Virus record (IMG/VR): IMGVR_UViG_3300032134_000001
Reading direction: 5' to 3' (one strand)
From: an uncultured virus (IMG/VR IMGVR_UViG_3300032134_000001)
Lineage: Duplodnaviria; Heunggongvirae; Uroviricota; Caudoviricetes
Length of the DNA stretch: 64,000 bases
Program-made: the position numbers and the translations under genes
The notes under the pieces: model-generated
The model's input: the letters and a program-made list of their open reading frames with translations, nothing else
Databases searched by the model: none
Told to the model about the DNA's origin: nothing
Shown here: positions 44,222-53,397 of the stretch, piece by piece
Position numbering within the stretch: position 1 is the first letter of the stretch
Layout of the letters: every line of letters begins with the position of its first letter

Positions 44222-44767
44222 ATGGCTGTCGACGGAATCTTCACGATGCTCCTCTCCGCTCGCGAGACTCTGGCCACCCCAGAGAACCGCAGCGGGGTCA
44301 TCTTTGACTCCATGCGGCAGAGCTATGCCTTCTCCAACGGCACTGGTGTCGCCCAGAACGACCTGGTCTGGTCTGACCGCATCACGGTTGCTGGGGGGGA
44401 CACGGCCATCATCGACTTCGCTCCTCTGTCCTTGGACCTGGGCGGCGGTGGCGGTGCTGTGGCACAGACCGATGCTTTCGGCAACGCCATGACCTTCGTG
44501 GAGGTGACAGCGCTTGCTATCCGCAACCGCGAGACCGTGGCCGGCACCCGGACCCTCAACTTCGGCCCGGCTGCTGTCAACCCCTTCCTCTGGCTCTTCC
44601 TGGACGCCTCGGACCTGGTCGTCATCGTGCCCAACGGGGCCTACATGCAGTGGTCAGATGAGGCCCAGACTGTCACGGCCGGGGCCAGCGACAGCTTGCG
44701 CTTCATCAACACGGACGGCGTGAACGCAGTCACCTTCGACATCCTCTTCACGGGCCGGTCTGCGTAG
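44222..44767 (+). CDS. beta-rich probable virion structural protein
   Basis: Own promoter/RBS (TAAGCT, AAGGAG); Gly/Ala/Thr-rich and lacks Lys. Confidence 0.6.
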   Translation: MAVDGIFTMLLSARETLATPENRSGVIFDSMRQSYAFSNGTGVAQNDLVWSDRITVAGGDTAIIDFAPLSLDLGGGGGAVAQTDAFGNAMTFVEVTALAIRNRETVAGTRTLNFGPAAVNPFLWLFLDASDLVVIVPNGAYMQWSDEAQTVTAGASDSLRFINTDGVNAVTFDILFTGRSA

Positions 44768-45213
44768 TGAATGAGGACTCTGCCGCGGCCCTCTACGCCA
44801 AGCTGGGCAGACACCTCTACAGCGACACCCTGAGCAAGGGCGAGCGGAAGGAGATGGTGACTCGGCGCCAAGCTCTCCTCCGCGAGTTCGGCCAGGGGAT
44901 CATGCGCCCAGGCTCCCGGACTGCGGCCAGCCGGAAGCACTTCACCCTGCGCAAGCCGCGGCAGCGCGAGGTCACCGAGGGCATCGAGCAGCAGCTCCTG
45001 GTTGCAGCAGGCAAGGCCACCGCGTCTGCGGGGCCCTTGTCGACTGGGTACGTCGTTGTCCTACTCCTCGACCACGCGGGCGAGGTGGTCTTCCGGCACG
45101 ACCTTGCTGTCGGGAGCATCTGGCGCAGCCGCAAGAAGTCGCTGGCCCCAGAAGGGCGGGCGAAAGTCGCTGCTGCTCTCCGCCAGTTGGCGGGGAAGAT
45201 CGACCGCGACTGA
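44767..45213 (+). CDS. basic hypothetical protein
   Basis: Coupled ORF. Confidence 0.7.
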   Translation: MNEDSAAALYAKLGRHLYSDTLSKGERKEMVTRRQALLREFGQGIMRPGSRTAASRKHFTLRKPRQREVTEGIEQQLLVAAGKATASAGPLSTGYVVVLLLDHAGEVVFRHDLAVGSIWRSRKKSLAPEGRAKVAAALRQLAGKIDRD

Positions 45214-45261
45214 TTGCCTCTTCGCACCTGCCAGACTATGACAGTTGGCACAGACGAGGAG
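45214..45261 (+). promoter_or_regulatory. promoter TTGCCT-N17-TATGAC with operator TGACA-GT-TGGCA, then RBS
   Basis: Exact 17-nt spacer; GAGGAG follows. Confidence 0.7.
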
Positions 45262-45269
45262 CGACGCGG

Positions 45270-45419
45270 ATGCTGGAACTGCTACTGACCTGGGCGATGC
45301 TGGTCCACGAGATCACCGTCGCTCAGATGGACTGGGACACCACCCAGCCTCCCGACGATCCGGGCTGCCCGGACACCGACATCTTCGCCTCGACCTTCTT
45401 GTGGCGGGAGGACCTGTGA
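45270..45419 (+). CDS. small protein (49 aa)
   Basis: Hand-translated MLELLLTWAMLVHE... after GAGGAG; GTGA-coupled to the next gene. Confidence 0.55.
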   Translation: MLELLLTWAMLVHEITVAQMDWDTTQPPDDPGCPDTDIFASTFLWREDL

Positions 45420-45697
45420 CCCCCCTCGAACATGCCGAGCGGCTCTCCGAAGACGGGGAGGTCATCCTCCTCGCGGACGGCTTCGAGGGCGCCCTGATGG
45501 GCATCCAGCAGACCTTCGAGGGCAGCAACGGCATCACCTACCGTGCTCTCTACTCGCTCAAGAAGTGCGTGGAGATCATGATGGACGACGGCGCGACCTT
45601 CGAGTCTGCGCTGGAGTTCCTCCACTTCAACACCCTCGGGGCCTACGTGGGCGAGGGCACTCCGAGCTTCTTCCTCGACATCGAGCTGGAGGAGTAG
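45416..45697 (+). CDS. conserved phage hypothetical protein
   Basis: ADGFEGALMG...ALEFLHFNTLGAYVGEGTP. Confidence 0.75.
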   Translation: MTPLEHAERLSEDGEVILLADGFEGALMGIQQTFEGSNGITYRALYSLKKCVEIMMDDGATFESALEFLHFNTLGAYVGEGTPSFFLDIELEE

Positions 45698-46101
45698 TGG
45701 CCGACAAGCGCACTTATGCCGCCGACACCACGGTCCCCGTGGGGCGGAGTCGGGGGGAGATCGACAAGCTGCTGCGGGGCTGGGGCTGCGGCGCCATCTC
45801 TTGGGGGGACGACTACGACCACGGCGTCGTCCAAGTCAGCTTCCGCTGGCAGCACGACGGTCGAACCTGGGACGCCCGCATCTCGATGCCGCAGCCCAAG
45901 GGAGAGACCCGTGAGGACAAGCAGCGACGGCGGCAGCTCCACCGCATCCTGCTCATCAAGCTCAAGAGCGACCTCAACTGCGTCGAGGCCGGCTTCGTCT
46001 CCGCGGCGGTCGTGTTCCTGCCCTACCTGGTGGGGACCAGCGGCCTGACTGCGGCAGAGCGCCTGGAGCACACCGGCGTCGCCGGTCTGCTGGAAGGCTG
46101 A
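45697..46101 (+). CDS. conserved phage hypothetical protein
   Basis: YAADTTVPVGRSRGEIDKLL...VFLPYL. Confidence 0.75.
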   Translation: MADKRTYAADTTVPVGRSRGEIDKLLRGWGCGAISWGDDYDHGVVQVSFRWQHDGRTWDARISMPQPKGETREDKQRRRQLHRILLIKLKSDLNCVEAGFVSAAVVFLPYLVGTSGLTAAERLEHTGVAGLLEG

Positions 46102-46415
46102 TGGCCCGGCGCATCACCATCCACTTGGAGCGGCCTCTCTGCGACTGCCGCACAGAGACGGGGAGTCCGCCCTTCACTTGGAGCATGGGCGCGTCTGGGA
46201 TCACGGTGTCGTGCCCTGAGTGCAAGATCCAGATCTCCTACCCCCGGGAGGGCCTGACAGGCGGCATCGACTACAGCCACTGGTCCCGAAGTGAGGAGCA
46301 AGCAGCACACGAAGCCAAGAAGCAGAAGGACACCACCGCGGCCCGCAAGAAGATCATCTTGCTGGACCCGCCCAAGAAGAGCGACCCGTCAGGGGAGCCC
46401 CCCGAGACCCGATAG
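46101..46415 (+). CDS. zinc-ribbon protein
   Basis: CDC...CPEC. Confidence 0.7.
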   Translation: MARRITIHLERPLCDCRTETGSPPFTWSMGASGITVSCPECKIQISYPREGLTGGIDYSHWSRSEEQAAHEAKKQKDTTAARKKIILLDPPKKSDPSGEPPETR

Positions 46416-46417
46416 GC

Positions 46418-46443
46418 TATGACAGTTGGCACGGATGAGGAGG
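46418..46443 (+). promoter_or_regulatory. TATGAC -10-like hexamer with operator TGACA-GT-TGGCA, then RBS
   Basis: Third copy of TATGACAGTTGGCAC. Confidence 0.65.
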
Positions 46444-46453
46444 AATCTCACCA

Positions 46454-47011
46454 ATGGCGAAGACAAGACTGAACGCGGACAAGAGGGCTGTGCTCACCAA
46501 GCTGGCCGCAGAGCTGGTCGACATGAGCGTGGAGGAAGCAGCGGCTGAACAGGCCCTCGGCGTCTTTCAGGATGCGATGCGCTCTCACCTCCTGGCCAAG
46601 TACCCTCCCGAGGACATGGAGGTCCTTGGGCGCTACCAGTTGGCTGTGACCCACACGAGTCTGGCCATCCAGGCGAGGATGGCACACCACCAGGAGCGGA
46701 TGACGGTCGAGCTGAACCCGCCCCTCGACCTTCCCCGAAACACGTCGTGCCGCCCGGAGCCCACTGAGCCGCTCTGGGTGCTGGCCCAGGAGACGAAGAA
46801 GATCGTGGACCGGGTGGCAACAGTCCGCAGGGAACGGGAGGCGCCCTACCGGACCCTCATCAAGACGAGTCGCTACTACGAGGACGTGGTCGAGGTCTGG
46901 GAGGAGGCCGGTCAGGCGTCCTTCAAGATGAAGCTCCAGCTCCCGGCTGCCGTCACCCCCTCGATGGTCCGCCAGATCAAGCAGGACATGGCCCGGAGGG
47001 CCCGGGCGTGA
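46454..47011 (+). CDS. hypothetical protein (possibly Nmad5-like)
   Basis: Strong RBS; N-terminal TRLN and C-terminal VVEVWEEA. The family call is tentative. Confidence 0.6.
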   Translation: MAKTRLNADKRAVLTKLAAELVDMSVEEAAAEQALGVFQDAMRSHLLAKYPPEDMEVLGRYQLAVTHTSLAIQARMAHHQERMTVELNPPLDLPRNTSCRPEPTEPLWVLAQETKKIVDRVATVRREREAPYRTLIKTSRYYEDVVEVWEEAGQASFKMKLQLPAAVTPSMVRQIKQDMARRARA

Positions 47012-48975
47012 ACAACTGGGAGGTCATGGCCCCCTGTGCGCAGGTCGGCTTCAAGCCATCAGCAGCCACAGCGAGTCTCCACAAGGAGATGGCCAAGATC
47101 CCCGGCGTGAAACAACGGGGGGCGGGCTGGCAGGTCCCAGGCAACGCCGTGAAGATCGTGGCCGAGCTGTGTGACCGCCTTGAAGTCCCGCTCGCCTATG
47201 CGAAGTGGCAGAGGGACCCGGCCTCTGCCGTCCCTTGGGATGACATCCACCGGAGCTTGGTCCGTGGCGGGGAGGTGCGAGAGTTCGTCCTCGACGGCTT
47301 CCTCACCCCCTTCCAGACGGACGCTCTCAGCTTTGGCTGGGCCAAGTCGGGCATCCACTACTGGCATCCCACGGGCTCGGGGAAGACGCTGACAGGCATC
47401 CTGGCCGCGTTGTCCACAGGCGGGCCGGTCGTCATCGTGACTCGCGCAGCCTCTCGGCTCCAGTTCGGCCGTGAAGTAGCGCGATTCACCCACCTCAAGC
47501 CCTACGTCGTGCGCCCCGAGGGGGAGCGTCATGGGCTGATGACCGTCAACGGCCAGACCTGGGTGGACTTCTTCAAGGCGCAGATGCCTGTGCTGGGCAA
47601 GGCCGCACGCGTAGCTGAAGCCTGGGGCGAGGCCAAGGTCGCTCACGGCGTGCTCGTGAAGAAAGGCAGCAGCCTGGTGGACTACCTCAAGGCCTGCACC
47701 CGAGCCCGGCGTCGCCCGGTCGTCATCGTCGGCTGGGAGGCCCTGCCCCTGCACCTGAAGGCCCTGAAGTCGCTCGGTGCCACCGCTGTCGTCTTCGATG
47801 AGCTTCACCAGGGCAAGAACAGCAAGAGGTGGGATGTCGTCCCTCTCGAAGACCCCGAGGGCGTGACAGACGGAGAGCTGCTGGGGCACATCCGGCGGCA
47901 GACCGCAGAGGCGAAGAAGGCAGGCGGCTTCATCAAGGACACCGACGAAGGCCGCAAGATGTTCCTGCCCGTGATGAACCGAGCGGCGGCAGCCGCCGAG
48001 CTGTCTCGGTGCGTGATGAAGCGCATCGGAACGACAGCGACGCCCATCAAGGACCGGGTGCGCGACCTCTGGAGCCAGCTCGATGTCATCGAGCCCAATG
48101 CCTGGGGCGCGAAGACGACCTGGGAGAACCGGCACTGCGACCGCAAGCCCGGGACCTACGGCGGCTACGACACTCGGGGATCGAGCAACCTGCCCGAGCT
48201 GAAGATCCGGCTGGAGCCCATCGCCCACATCCTCAACTACGAGGACACTCACCGGCACCTGCCTGCCAAGCGCCGGCAGTCCATCTACCTCGCCCCTGAG
48301 GACCAGTGCAGGCCGACTGGAGGCTTCGCCAAGGAGCGCCGGGACGCGAAGAAGCGAGGCCCGACAGCGATGCTGGAGTGCGGGCTTGCAGAGGCCGCTT
48401 CTCGCAAGCGTCCCGCTGTCATCGGGCTCGTCGAGGACCACGTCGGCAGCAAGCAGAAGGTCGTACTCTTCACAGGGCGCCGACGAGACTGCGACGCTCT
48501 CGGCAAGAGCATCCGGGCGTCCAAGCTGGTGAAGGCCAAGGAGGTCACCGTCTGGTGTGCCCACGGGGGGACCAGCCAGCAGGAACGCGACGAGATCATC
48601 CAGGAGTACATGGCCCACCCGGGGCCCTGTGTGCTCGTCGGGACCGGGCCTGCCTTCGGGGAGAGCCTCAACATCCACGACACCGACGCTGCCTTCTTCG
48701 TGATGCTGCCCTACACGCCAGGGCAGCTGCGCCAGTGGGAGGGCCGCTTCTGCCGCCTGGGCCAGGTCCGGCCGGTCATCATCTACTACGTCATCGCAGA
48801 GGGGACCGTGGACGAGCACATGGCCGCCATCCTCATCGACAAGCTCCCGGCTGTGGAGAAAGTTGTGGATGACACCGAGCTGGGGGCCGCCAAGGGCGTG
48901 CTCGCTGGCTTCGACCCCAACGAGACCGAAGAAGAGTTCGCTCGCTCGGTCCTTGCAGACTTGGACTTCGGATGA
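47008..48975 (+). CDS. SF2 (SNF2-like) helicase
   Basis: PTGSGKT, VFDELH, TATP, GESLN and QWEGRFCRLGQ. Confidence 0.9.
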   Translation: MNNWEVMAPCAQVGFKPSAATASLHKEMAKIPGVKQRGAGWQVPGNAVKIVAELCDRLEVPLAYAKWQRDPASAVPWDDIHRSLVRGGEVREFVLDGFLTPFQTDALSFGWAKSGIHYWHPTGSGKTLTGILAALSTGGPVVIVTRAASRLQFGREVARFTHLKPYVVRPEGERHGLMTVNGQTWVDFFKAQMPVLGKAARVAEAWGEAKVAHGVLVKKGSSLVDYLKACTRARRRPVVIVGWEALPLHLKALKSLGATAVVFDELHQGKNSKRWDVVPLEDPEGVTDGELLGHIRRQTAEAKKAGGFIKDTDEGRKMFLPVMNRAAAAAELSRCVMKRIGTTATPIKDRVRDLWSQLDVIEPNAWGAKTTWENRHCDRKPGTYGGYDTRGSSNLPELKIRLEPIAHILNYEDTHRHLPAKRRQSIYLAPEDQCRPTGGFAKERRDAKKRGPTAMLECGLAEAASRKRPAVIGLVEDHVGSKQKVVLFTGRRRDCDALGKSIRASKLVKAKEVTVWCAHGGTSQQERDEIIQEYMAHPGPCVLVGTGPAFGESLNIHDTDAAFFVMLPYTPGQLRQWEGRFCRLGQVRPVIIYYVIAEGTVDEHMAAILIDKLPAVEKVVDDTELGAAKGVLAGFDPNETEEEFARSVLADLDFG

Positions 48976-49250
48976 ACTGCCCCAACTGTGCTGCGCCGCG
49001 AACCAAGCGGAAGGCCGAGAACTGCGCCTACTGCGGCACCCTCTACACCACTCCCAAGGTCGAACGTCGTGTCATCCGTGGTGACATGGGCAACTACTGC
49101 GTCTTGGAGAACGTGGAGCTTCGTGGAGACATGAACAACGTCGGAGAGGCCCGTGGGTGCCTCATCATCGGGGACATGAACAACCTGCACCGAGTGGACA
49201 AAGCGACGCTCGTCCGCGGTGACATGAACAACGTGGGACGGAGGATCTGA
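48972..49250 (+). CDS. zinc-ribbon plus GDMNN-repeat protein
   Basis: CPNC, CAYC; four GDM(N/G)N units. Confidence 0.8.
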   Translation: MNCPNCAAPRTKRKAENCAYCGTLYTTPKVERRVIRGDMGNYCVLENVELRGDMNNVGEARGCLIIGDMNNLHRVDKATLVRGDMNNVGRRI

Positions 49251-49600
49251 TGAGCAAGTGGACTGTCGAGAGGAGGGCGGAAGCAGGGCCTGGGCTGCTC
49301 TACGACCGGGACGGCATGGACGAGTTTGCCTACTGCTCGTCGTGCTCTGCGCGGTCGTCAGACGTCTATGACGGCCCCGAGGAGTTTGAGCTGTCCGCTC
49401 GGATCGCCTTGGGGAGCACAGAGCACCGCAAGTGCCGCAACGAGCGCCTCGTGCTCCTGCGGAACGGTCTCGATGTGTGCGAGGCGGCCAGCCCCGAAGG
49501 CTTGGTGGACCGGCTGCTGGAGGATGGCGTCGCGGTCACGGGCCGGGAGGCCCTTCGGCTTGGCATCCTCATCGAGCGCTCCTGGCAGGGGGGGTCATGA
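49250..49600 (+). CDS. hypothetical protein
   Basis: Coupled ORF. Confidence 0.65.
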   Translation: MSKWTVERRAEAGPGLLYDRDGMDEFAYCSSCSARSSDVYDGPEEFELSARIALGSTEHRKCRNERLVLLRNGLDVCEAASPEGLVDRLLEDGVAVTGREALRLGILIERSWQGGS

Positions 49601-49938
49601 GCCCAGAAGAACACGAGAGGCTGGTGGCCGAGGCTGTATTGGCTGAGCGTCGTCGGTGCTCCGAGCACATCGCCGGCTGCGTCCCCGTGGGGTTCAGCTC
49701 ACCGGAGGAGCAGCAGCGCTACCAGGCCCTCGTCGACTCCCTGGCCATCGACATCCTCTCGTGGCCGGACCAGCGGAGGTGCGCCCCCGATGCCCTGGGC
49801 GGTCTCCTGGCCCGCCTGGAGGAGAAGCTGGACCTGGCCTACCTCCAGATCCGAAGCGAGGAGCACGACGTGTGGAGGGCTGAGACGGACAAGCTGTTGG
49901 CCGAGACCGATCGCCTGCTGAAGGAGCACGGAGCATGA
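49597..49938 (+). CDS. hypothetical protein
   Basis: MSPEEH (ATGA overlap). Confidence 0.65.
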   Translation: MSPEEHERLVAEAVLAERRRCSEHIAGCVPVGFSSPEEQQRYQALVDSLAIDILSWPDQRRCAPDALGGLLARLEEKLDLAYLQIRSEEHDVWRAETDKLLAETDRLLKEHGA

Positions 49939-50321
49939 CCCGCGACCTGCTGACCCGCGACGACCTGGCGAAGCTCAGGGCTGTCGCCACGGCAGCCCAC
50001 GACGAGACGGGCTGGAAGAGAGGCCCGATGGGCATCTACGTCTTCCGGGAGGACAACGGCGGCATGGTGGCCGAAGCCGGCGACATGGACCAGGCTGCTC
50101 GGGATGCAGGAGCTGTTGCAGAGCCCCGCGGCCATGGGGCTGGTCGGCTGGACGACTACGCCAACCACGTCGCAGCCTTCGACCCGCCGACGGTGTTGGC
50201 GCTGCTGGACGAGCTGCTGGCTGCCCGGCCCTCGTGCTGCAACTCGCTCCAGGCAGGCTCTCACCGCGTCGACTGCGAGAAGCACGGAGTCGAAGCTCAG
50301 CGACGGAATGTGGTCGGATGA
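49935..50321 (+). CDS. Ead/Ea22-like phage protein
   Basis: LAKLRAVATAA...ANHVAAFDPPTVLALLDEL. Confidence 0.7.
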   Translation: MTRDLLTRDDLAKLRAVATAAHDETGWKRGPMGIYVFREDNGGMVAEAGDMDQAARDAGAVAEPRGHGAGRLDDYANHVAAFDPPTVLALLDELLAARPSCCNSLQAGSHRVDCEKHGVEAQRRNVVG

Positions 50322-50632
50322 AGGTGATTCGCGAGAACGAAGTGGCGATGCCGCTGGCCGGTGAGCCGCGCTGGTGGACCGTCGAGATCGGGGTGCCCCC
50401 GAAGCGCATGGAGCTGGTCCGCGTGGACCACAGCGCCATCGACCCCAACCTCCACCTCCTCTTCGTCTTCCTGCCCCCGGGGGTCTACGCCTGGCCGCCT
50501 CTGGTGGCCCCGACCATGAAGCTGGGGCCGATGGCCTTCGAGCAGATCAAGGAGAAGGGCGGCAAGGTCATCCACTACCCCACGAAGCTCGGGCGAGCCC
50601 TGGAGTGGAGGCTCGTAGGATGGAAGCGCTGA
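50318..50632 (+). CDS. hypothetical protein
   Basis: MKVIRE (ATGA overlap). Confidence 0.65.
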   Translation: MKVIRENEVAMPLAGEPRWWTVEIGVPPKRMELVRVDHSAIDPNLHLLFVFLPPGVYAWPPLVAPTMKLGPMAFEQIKEKGGKVIHYPTKLGRALEWRLVGWKR

Positions 50633-50949
50633 TGCGCGAGTGGAACTTCGAGAGGACAAGCCTGAAGCCGGAGCCGAAGGGCCCCCCAGCTCCCCGGCCC
50701 CGTCAGCTTCTTCCGACACACGGCGTGGCCAAGCAGCTTCGCGTCTGGGTGCTGGAGAGTGGCATCCCGGTCGCTCTGGGCTGCATCGACGCTCAGTCCC
50801 GCAAGTCAGAGTTGATGGACCACTTCAAGGCCGCCATGCCCAAGACCGGCGAGGAGGACAGGACCTTCCGGCTGCGGCCTGTCGACCAGAACGGGCGCGA
50901 GGTGGGCCAGGAGATCACCCTGGTCATCAAGGGCGGGGAGGCCTTCTGA
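50632..50949 (+). CDS. hypothetical protein
   Basis: MREWNF (TGATG overlap). Confidence 0.65.
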   Translation: MREWNFERTSLKPEPKGPPAPRPRQLLPTHGVAKQLRVWVLESGIPVALGCIDAQSRKSELMDHFKAAMPKTGEEDRTFRLRPVDQNGREVGQEITLVIKGGEAF

Positions 50950-51146
50950 TGGACTCCTTCGTCCACGCAGCCAAGGACACCGTCGTCAAGAAGTCGACCT
51001 GTGGCGTCGGTCGCCGGCGCCTGGCCTGGTGCTGGGTGTGGGTCTCGGCCGCACGCTGCGTGACGAAGCCGACCGGTTCGATGATCACGTGCTCAGGGTG
51101 CAAGAGGGCCCTGGACGCTGCTGGCGTCTACTCCGGGGGGCTGTGA
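50949..51146 (+). CDS. small Cys-rich protein
   Basis: MDSFVH...TCSGC. Confidence 0.6.
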   Translation: MDSFVHAAKDTVVKKSTCGVGRRRLAWCWVWVSAARCVTKPTGSMITCSGCKRALDAAGVYSGGL

Positions 51147-51634
51147 TGCCCCTCCCTGACGCCTGGTACGAGCCTGTCCGCTGGTGGCTGGCGGCCAACG
51201 AGACCGAGACGCTCAGCGCCTTCGTCTCGGAGTCCTGGTGCCCGAAGTGCGAGGCCAAGCCGGGAGAGCCCTGCGTGACGGTGGTCTCCATGAACCCCAA
51301 GCGGGAGGCCGGGAAGGAAACGCCTCACCACGCACTTCGCATCAACAAGGGCCGCATCGGCTGGAACGTCCACAAGGGAGCGTGCAGGTTGGACCCTGAA
51401 ATGAAAGAGCTGGAGAAGCAGGTCCGTGCCCTCTCCATCCAGGTCGCCCGAGCCAGGCGCATCAAGGCACTCCAGGACCTCGTTGCCCATCTGACGGGGC
51501 AAGTCGAGGTCCTGGTGGAATCAGGCTGGAAGGAGCCGAAGGCACTCAGGCAACTCAGGAAGGCTCTGACTGCGGCTCAGGCGTCCCTCGACAAGCTCAT
51601 TCCGCCGGAGCGGCCGGAGCCGAAGACTTCCTGA
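51146..51634 (+). CDS. zinc-finger plus coiled-coil protein
   Basis: CPKCEAKPGEPC...HALR. Confidence 0.7.
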   Translation: MPLPDAWYEPVRWWLAANETETLSAFVSESWCPKCEAKPGEPCVTVVSMNPKREAGKETPHHALRINKGRIGWNVHKGACRLDPEMKELEKQVRALSIQVARARRIKALQDLVAHLTGQVEVLVESGWKEPKALRQLRKALTAAQASLDKLIPPERPEPKTS

Positions 51635-52112
51635 ACAGCTTGGTCAGGTCGAAGCCGCCCATCGCGATGCCGGCTGCGGCCAGGGTGCCGGTGAGAACTG
51701 CTCCCCACTCCAGCTGGCCCAAGAGGGCAGCACCGACGTTGGCTGCGGCAGCCAGGGCCAGGGTCACCCACGGGAGTGCCTTGCTGCCCTTCGGGAGCTT
51801 GCCCTCGATGCCGACCTTGCGGAGCACGGCCACGATAGCGATGAGGACCACGCCGATGAGGATGGGCCAGGTGTGCGCCTGAGCGGCCACCACCACGACC
51901 TCGACCACCTCTGCTGCGTCCTCGACGGCCTCTTCGACCTCCTCGGGCGTCACGGAAGCGGCTTCTTCAGGCTCCTCGGCGGTGGGAACCTCTTCTACGG
52001 GAGCCTCGACAGCTTCGGTCGTCTCGACAGCGGGGGGAGCCTCGTCCTGTGCGTAGGACGGGGTTGCGAAGAGCGCGAAGATGAGAGTGAGGAACAGGAC
52101 GAAGTGGCGCAA
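51597..52112 (-). CDS. signal-peptide-bearing multi-TM membrane protein
   Basis: Signal peptide (SYA|QD), acidic linker, three TM segments; AAGGAGG RBS. Confidence 0.75.
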   Translation of the reverse strand: MRHFVLFLTLIFALFATPSYAQDEAPPAVETTEAVEAPVEEVPTAEEPEEAASVTPEEVEEAVEDAAEVVEVVVVAAQAHTWPILIGVVLIAIVAVLRKVGIEGKLPKGSKALPWVTLALAAAANVGAALLGQLEWGAVLTGTLAAAGIAMGGFDLTKLFRKSSAPAAPAE

Positions 52113-52152
52113 GAAGCACCTCCTTTGCAGAATCTCAGGGGGGTGTAGCCTG

Positions 52153-52422
52153 TCAGCTCGGGTCGTTCCAAGGCACGGCTTCGTCCCACTGGGGGTCGTC
52201 GGCGTACACCGTCTTCCAGCCCTTGTGCTCGCCGCGGCTGTTCTTCCTCTCGATGGAGCGGCAGAGATCGTTGCGGGCCAGGGTCTCGTGACAGCTGCTG
52301 TTGAGCTTGCTGCAGTCGACGCCCATGTGGTGGGGCAGGATGTCGATGAGGGTCTGGCGGTCGATGGTTCCCGTCTCGGTCAGGTCCATGAGAGCAGCGA
52401 AGAGTGCGGTTGCGTCGTTCAT
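52153..52422 (-). CDS. hypothetical protein
   Basis: Follows the structural pair. Confidence 0.65.
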   Translation of the reverse strand: MNDATALFAALMDLTETGTIDRQTLIDILPHHMGVDCSKLNSSCHETLARNDLCRSIERKNSRGEHKGWKTVYADDPQWDEAVPWNDPS

Positions 52423-52425
52423 GGT

Positions 52426-53391
52426 CTACCCGTTGTCAAAGGACGCGGCATCGCTGCTGCCTGTTGATGTGCTGCTCACGAAGTAGGACTGGGGGGCGTT
52501 GGCAGAGTCGAGGACCATCCCCCGCATGGAGCCGTCCTCAGCTCGCCGGATCTGCCGGAGCACGCCCACACCGTTGGTGGGGTTGACCCCGCCCGGTGTG
52601 CCGAGGGTGGTCACGCCAGCCTGGAACATCATCACGGGAATCGACATGCGTGTGCCCGCCTCCGTGGCGAACTTGGGCTGGACCTCTCCGACGGAGAGGG
52701 AGCGGTCCAGGAGGCTCCAACGGGCAGGGAGGGCCGGGCGGAAGCAGCCGACGACAGGGTCGAGATTTCCTACACCGCTGTTGAAGAGGTCGCTTGCACC
52801 GGCCCAGAAGTTGCTGGAGATCAGGTCCCGACCGGACACGAACATGCCGAACACCCGACCCGGTGTTCCTTCCCCGTCAGCGTCGGTCGGAGGGTCGATG
52901 AAGGCTCCTCCGCCTCCTCCCCACCAGTCTTCGGTGTTGTCTTTCTGGAGCCAGATGCTGGCGACCTCGTCGGAGGTGAGCACGAAGAGGCGGTTGATGA
53001 AGTTGGTGTTGATCGTGCTGGAGATGCGCCAGTAGAGGCTCCAGCGGGCTGCGCCGTAAGGGTCTCCCGCGCCGTGGGCGTCTCCGAGGGTGCCCCCGTC
53101 TGGGGCGATGCCCATCCACAGTTCGTTGGCGTCCACAGCAGCGCCGTCGTGAGGCTCCTGCCGCTGCGCCGCGTTGATCCCGAAGGCGATGAGGAGCCGG
53201 ATGTTCGGGGTGGCGCTCCCGGCCAAGGGTCCGATCTCCAGCTCACCGGGAGCAGATGACTTCACCTCCCAGGTGGTGCTGTCTCCGATGGCGAGGGCGA
53301 TGGCGTCGAGCACGTCCTGCACCGCTGTCGGGTTGGCAGGGATGCGCAGGTTGGTCATCTGCCAGGTGAGGGCTGGGGCGGTGCTGGGCAT
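52426..53391 (-). CDS. probable virion protein, paralog A
   Basis: Gly/Ala/Ser/Thr-rich; colinear with 53398-54387. Confidence 0.75.
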   Translation of the reverse strand: MPSTAPALTWQMTNLRIPANPTAVQDVLDAIALAIGDSTTWEVKSSAPGELEIGPLAGSATPNIRLLIAFGINAAQRQEPHDGAAVDANELWMGIAPDGGTLGDAHGAGDPYGAARWSLYWRISSTINTNFINRLFVLTSDEVASIWLQKDNTEDWWGGGGGAFIDPPTDADGEGTPGRVFGMFVSGRDLISSNFWAGASDLFNSGVGNLDPVVGCFRPALPARWSLLDRSLSVGEVQPKFATEAGTRMSIPVMMFQAGVTTLGTPGGVNPTNGVGVLRQIRRAEDGSMRGMVLDSANAPQSYFVSSTSTGSSDAASFDNG

Positions 53392-53397
53392 TTGGGG

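Noticed and set aside
45416..45436. N-terminal TPLEHAE as another tag copy
   Set aside because: It lacks the second Leu and sits at an atypical position; probably coincidental.
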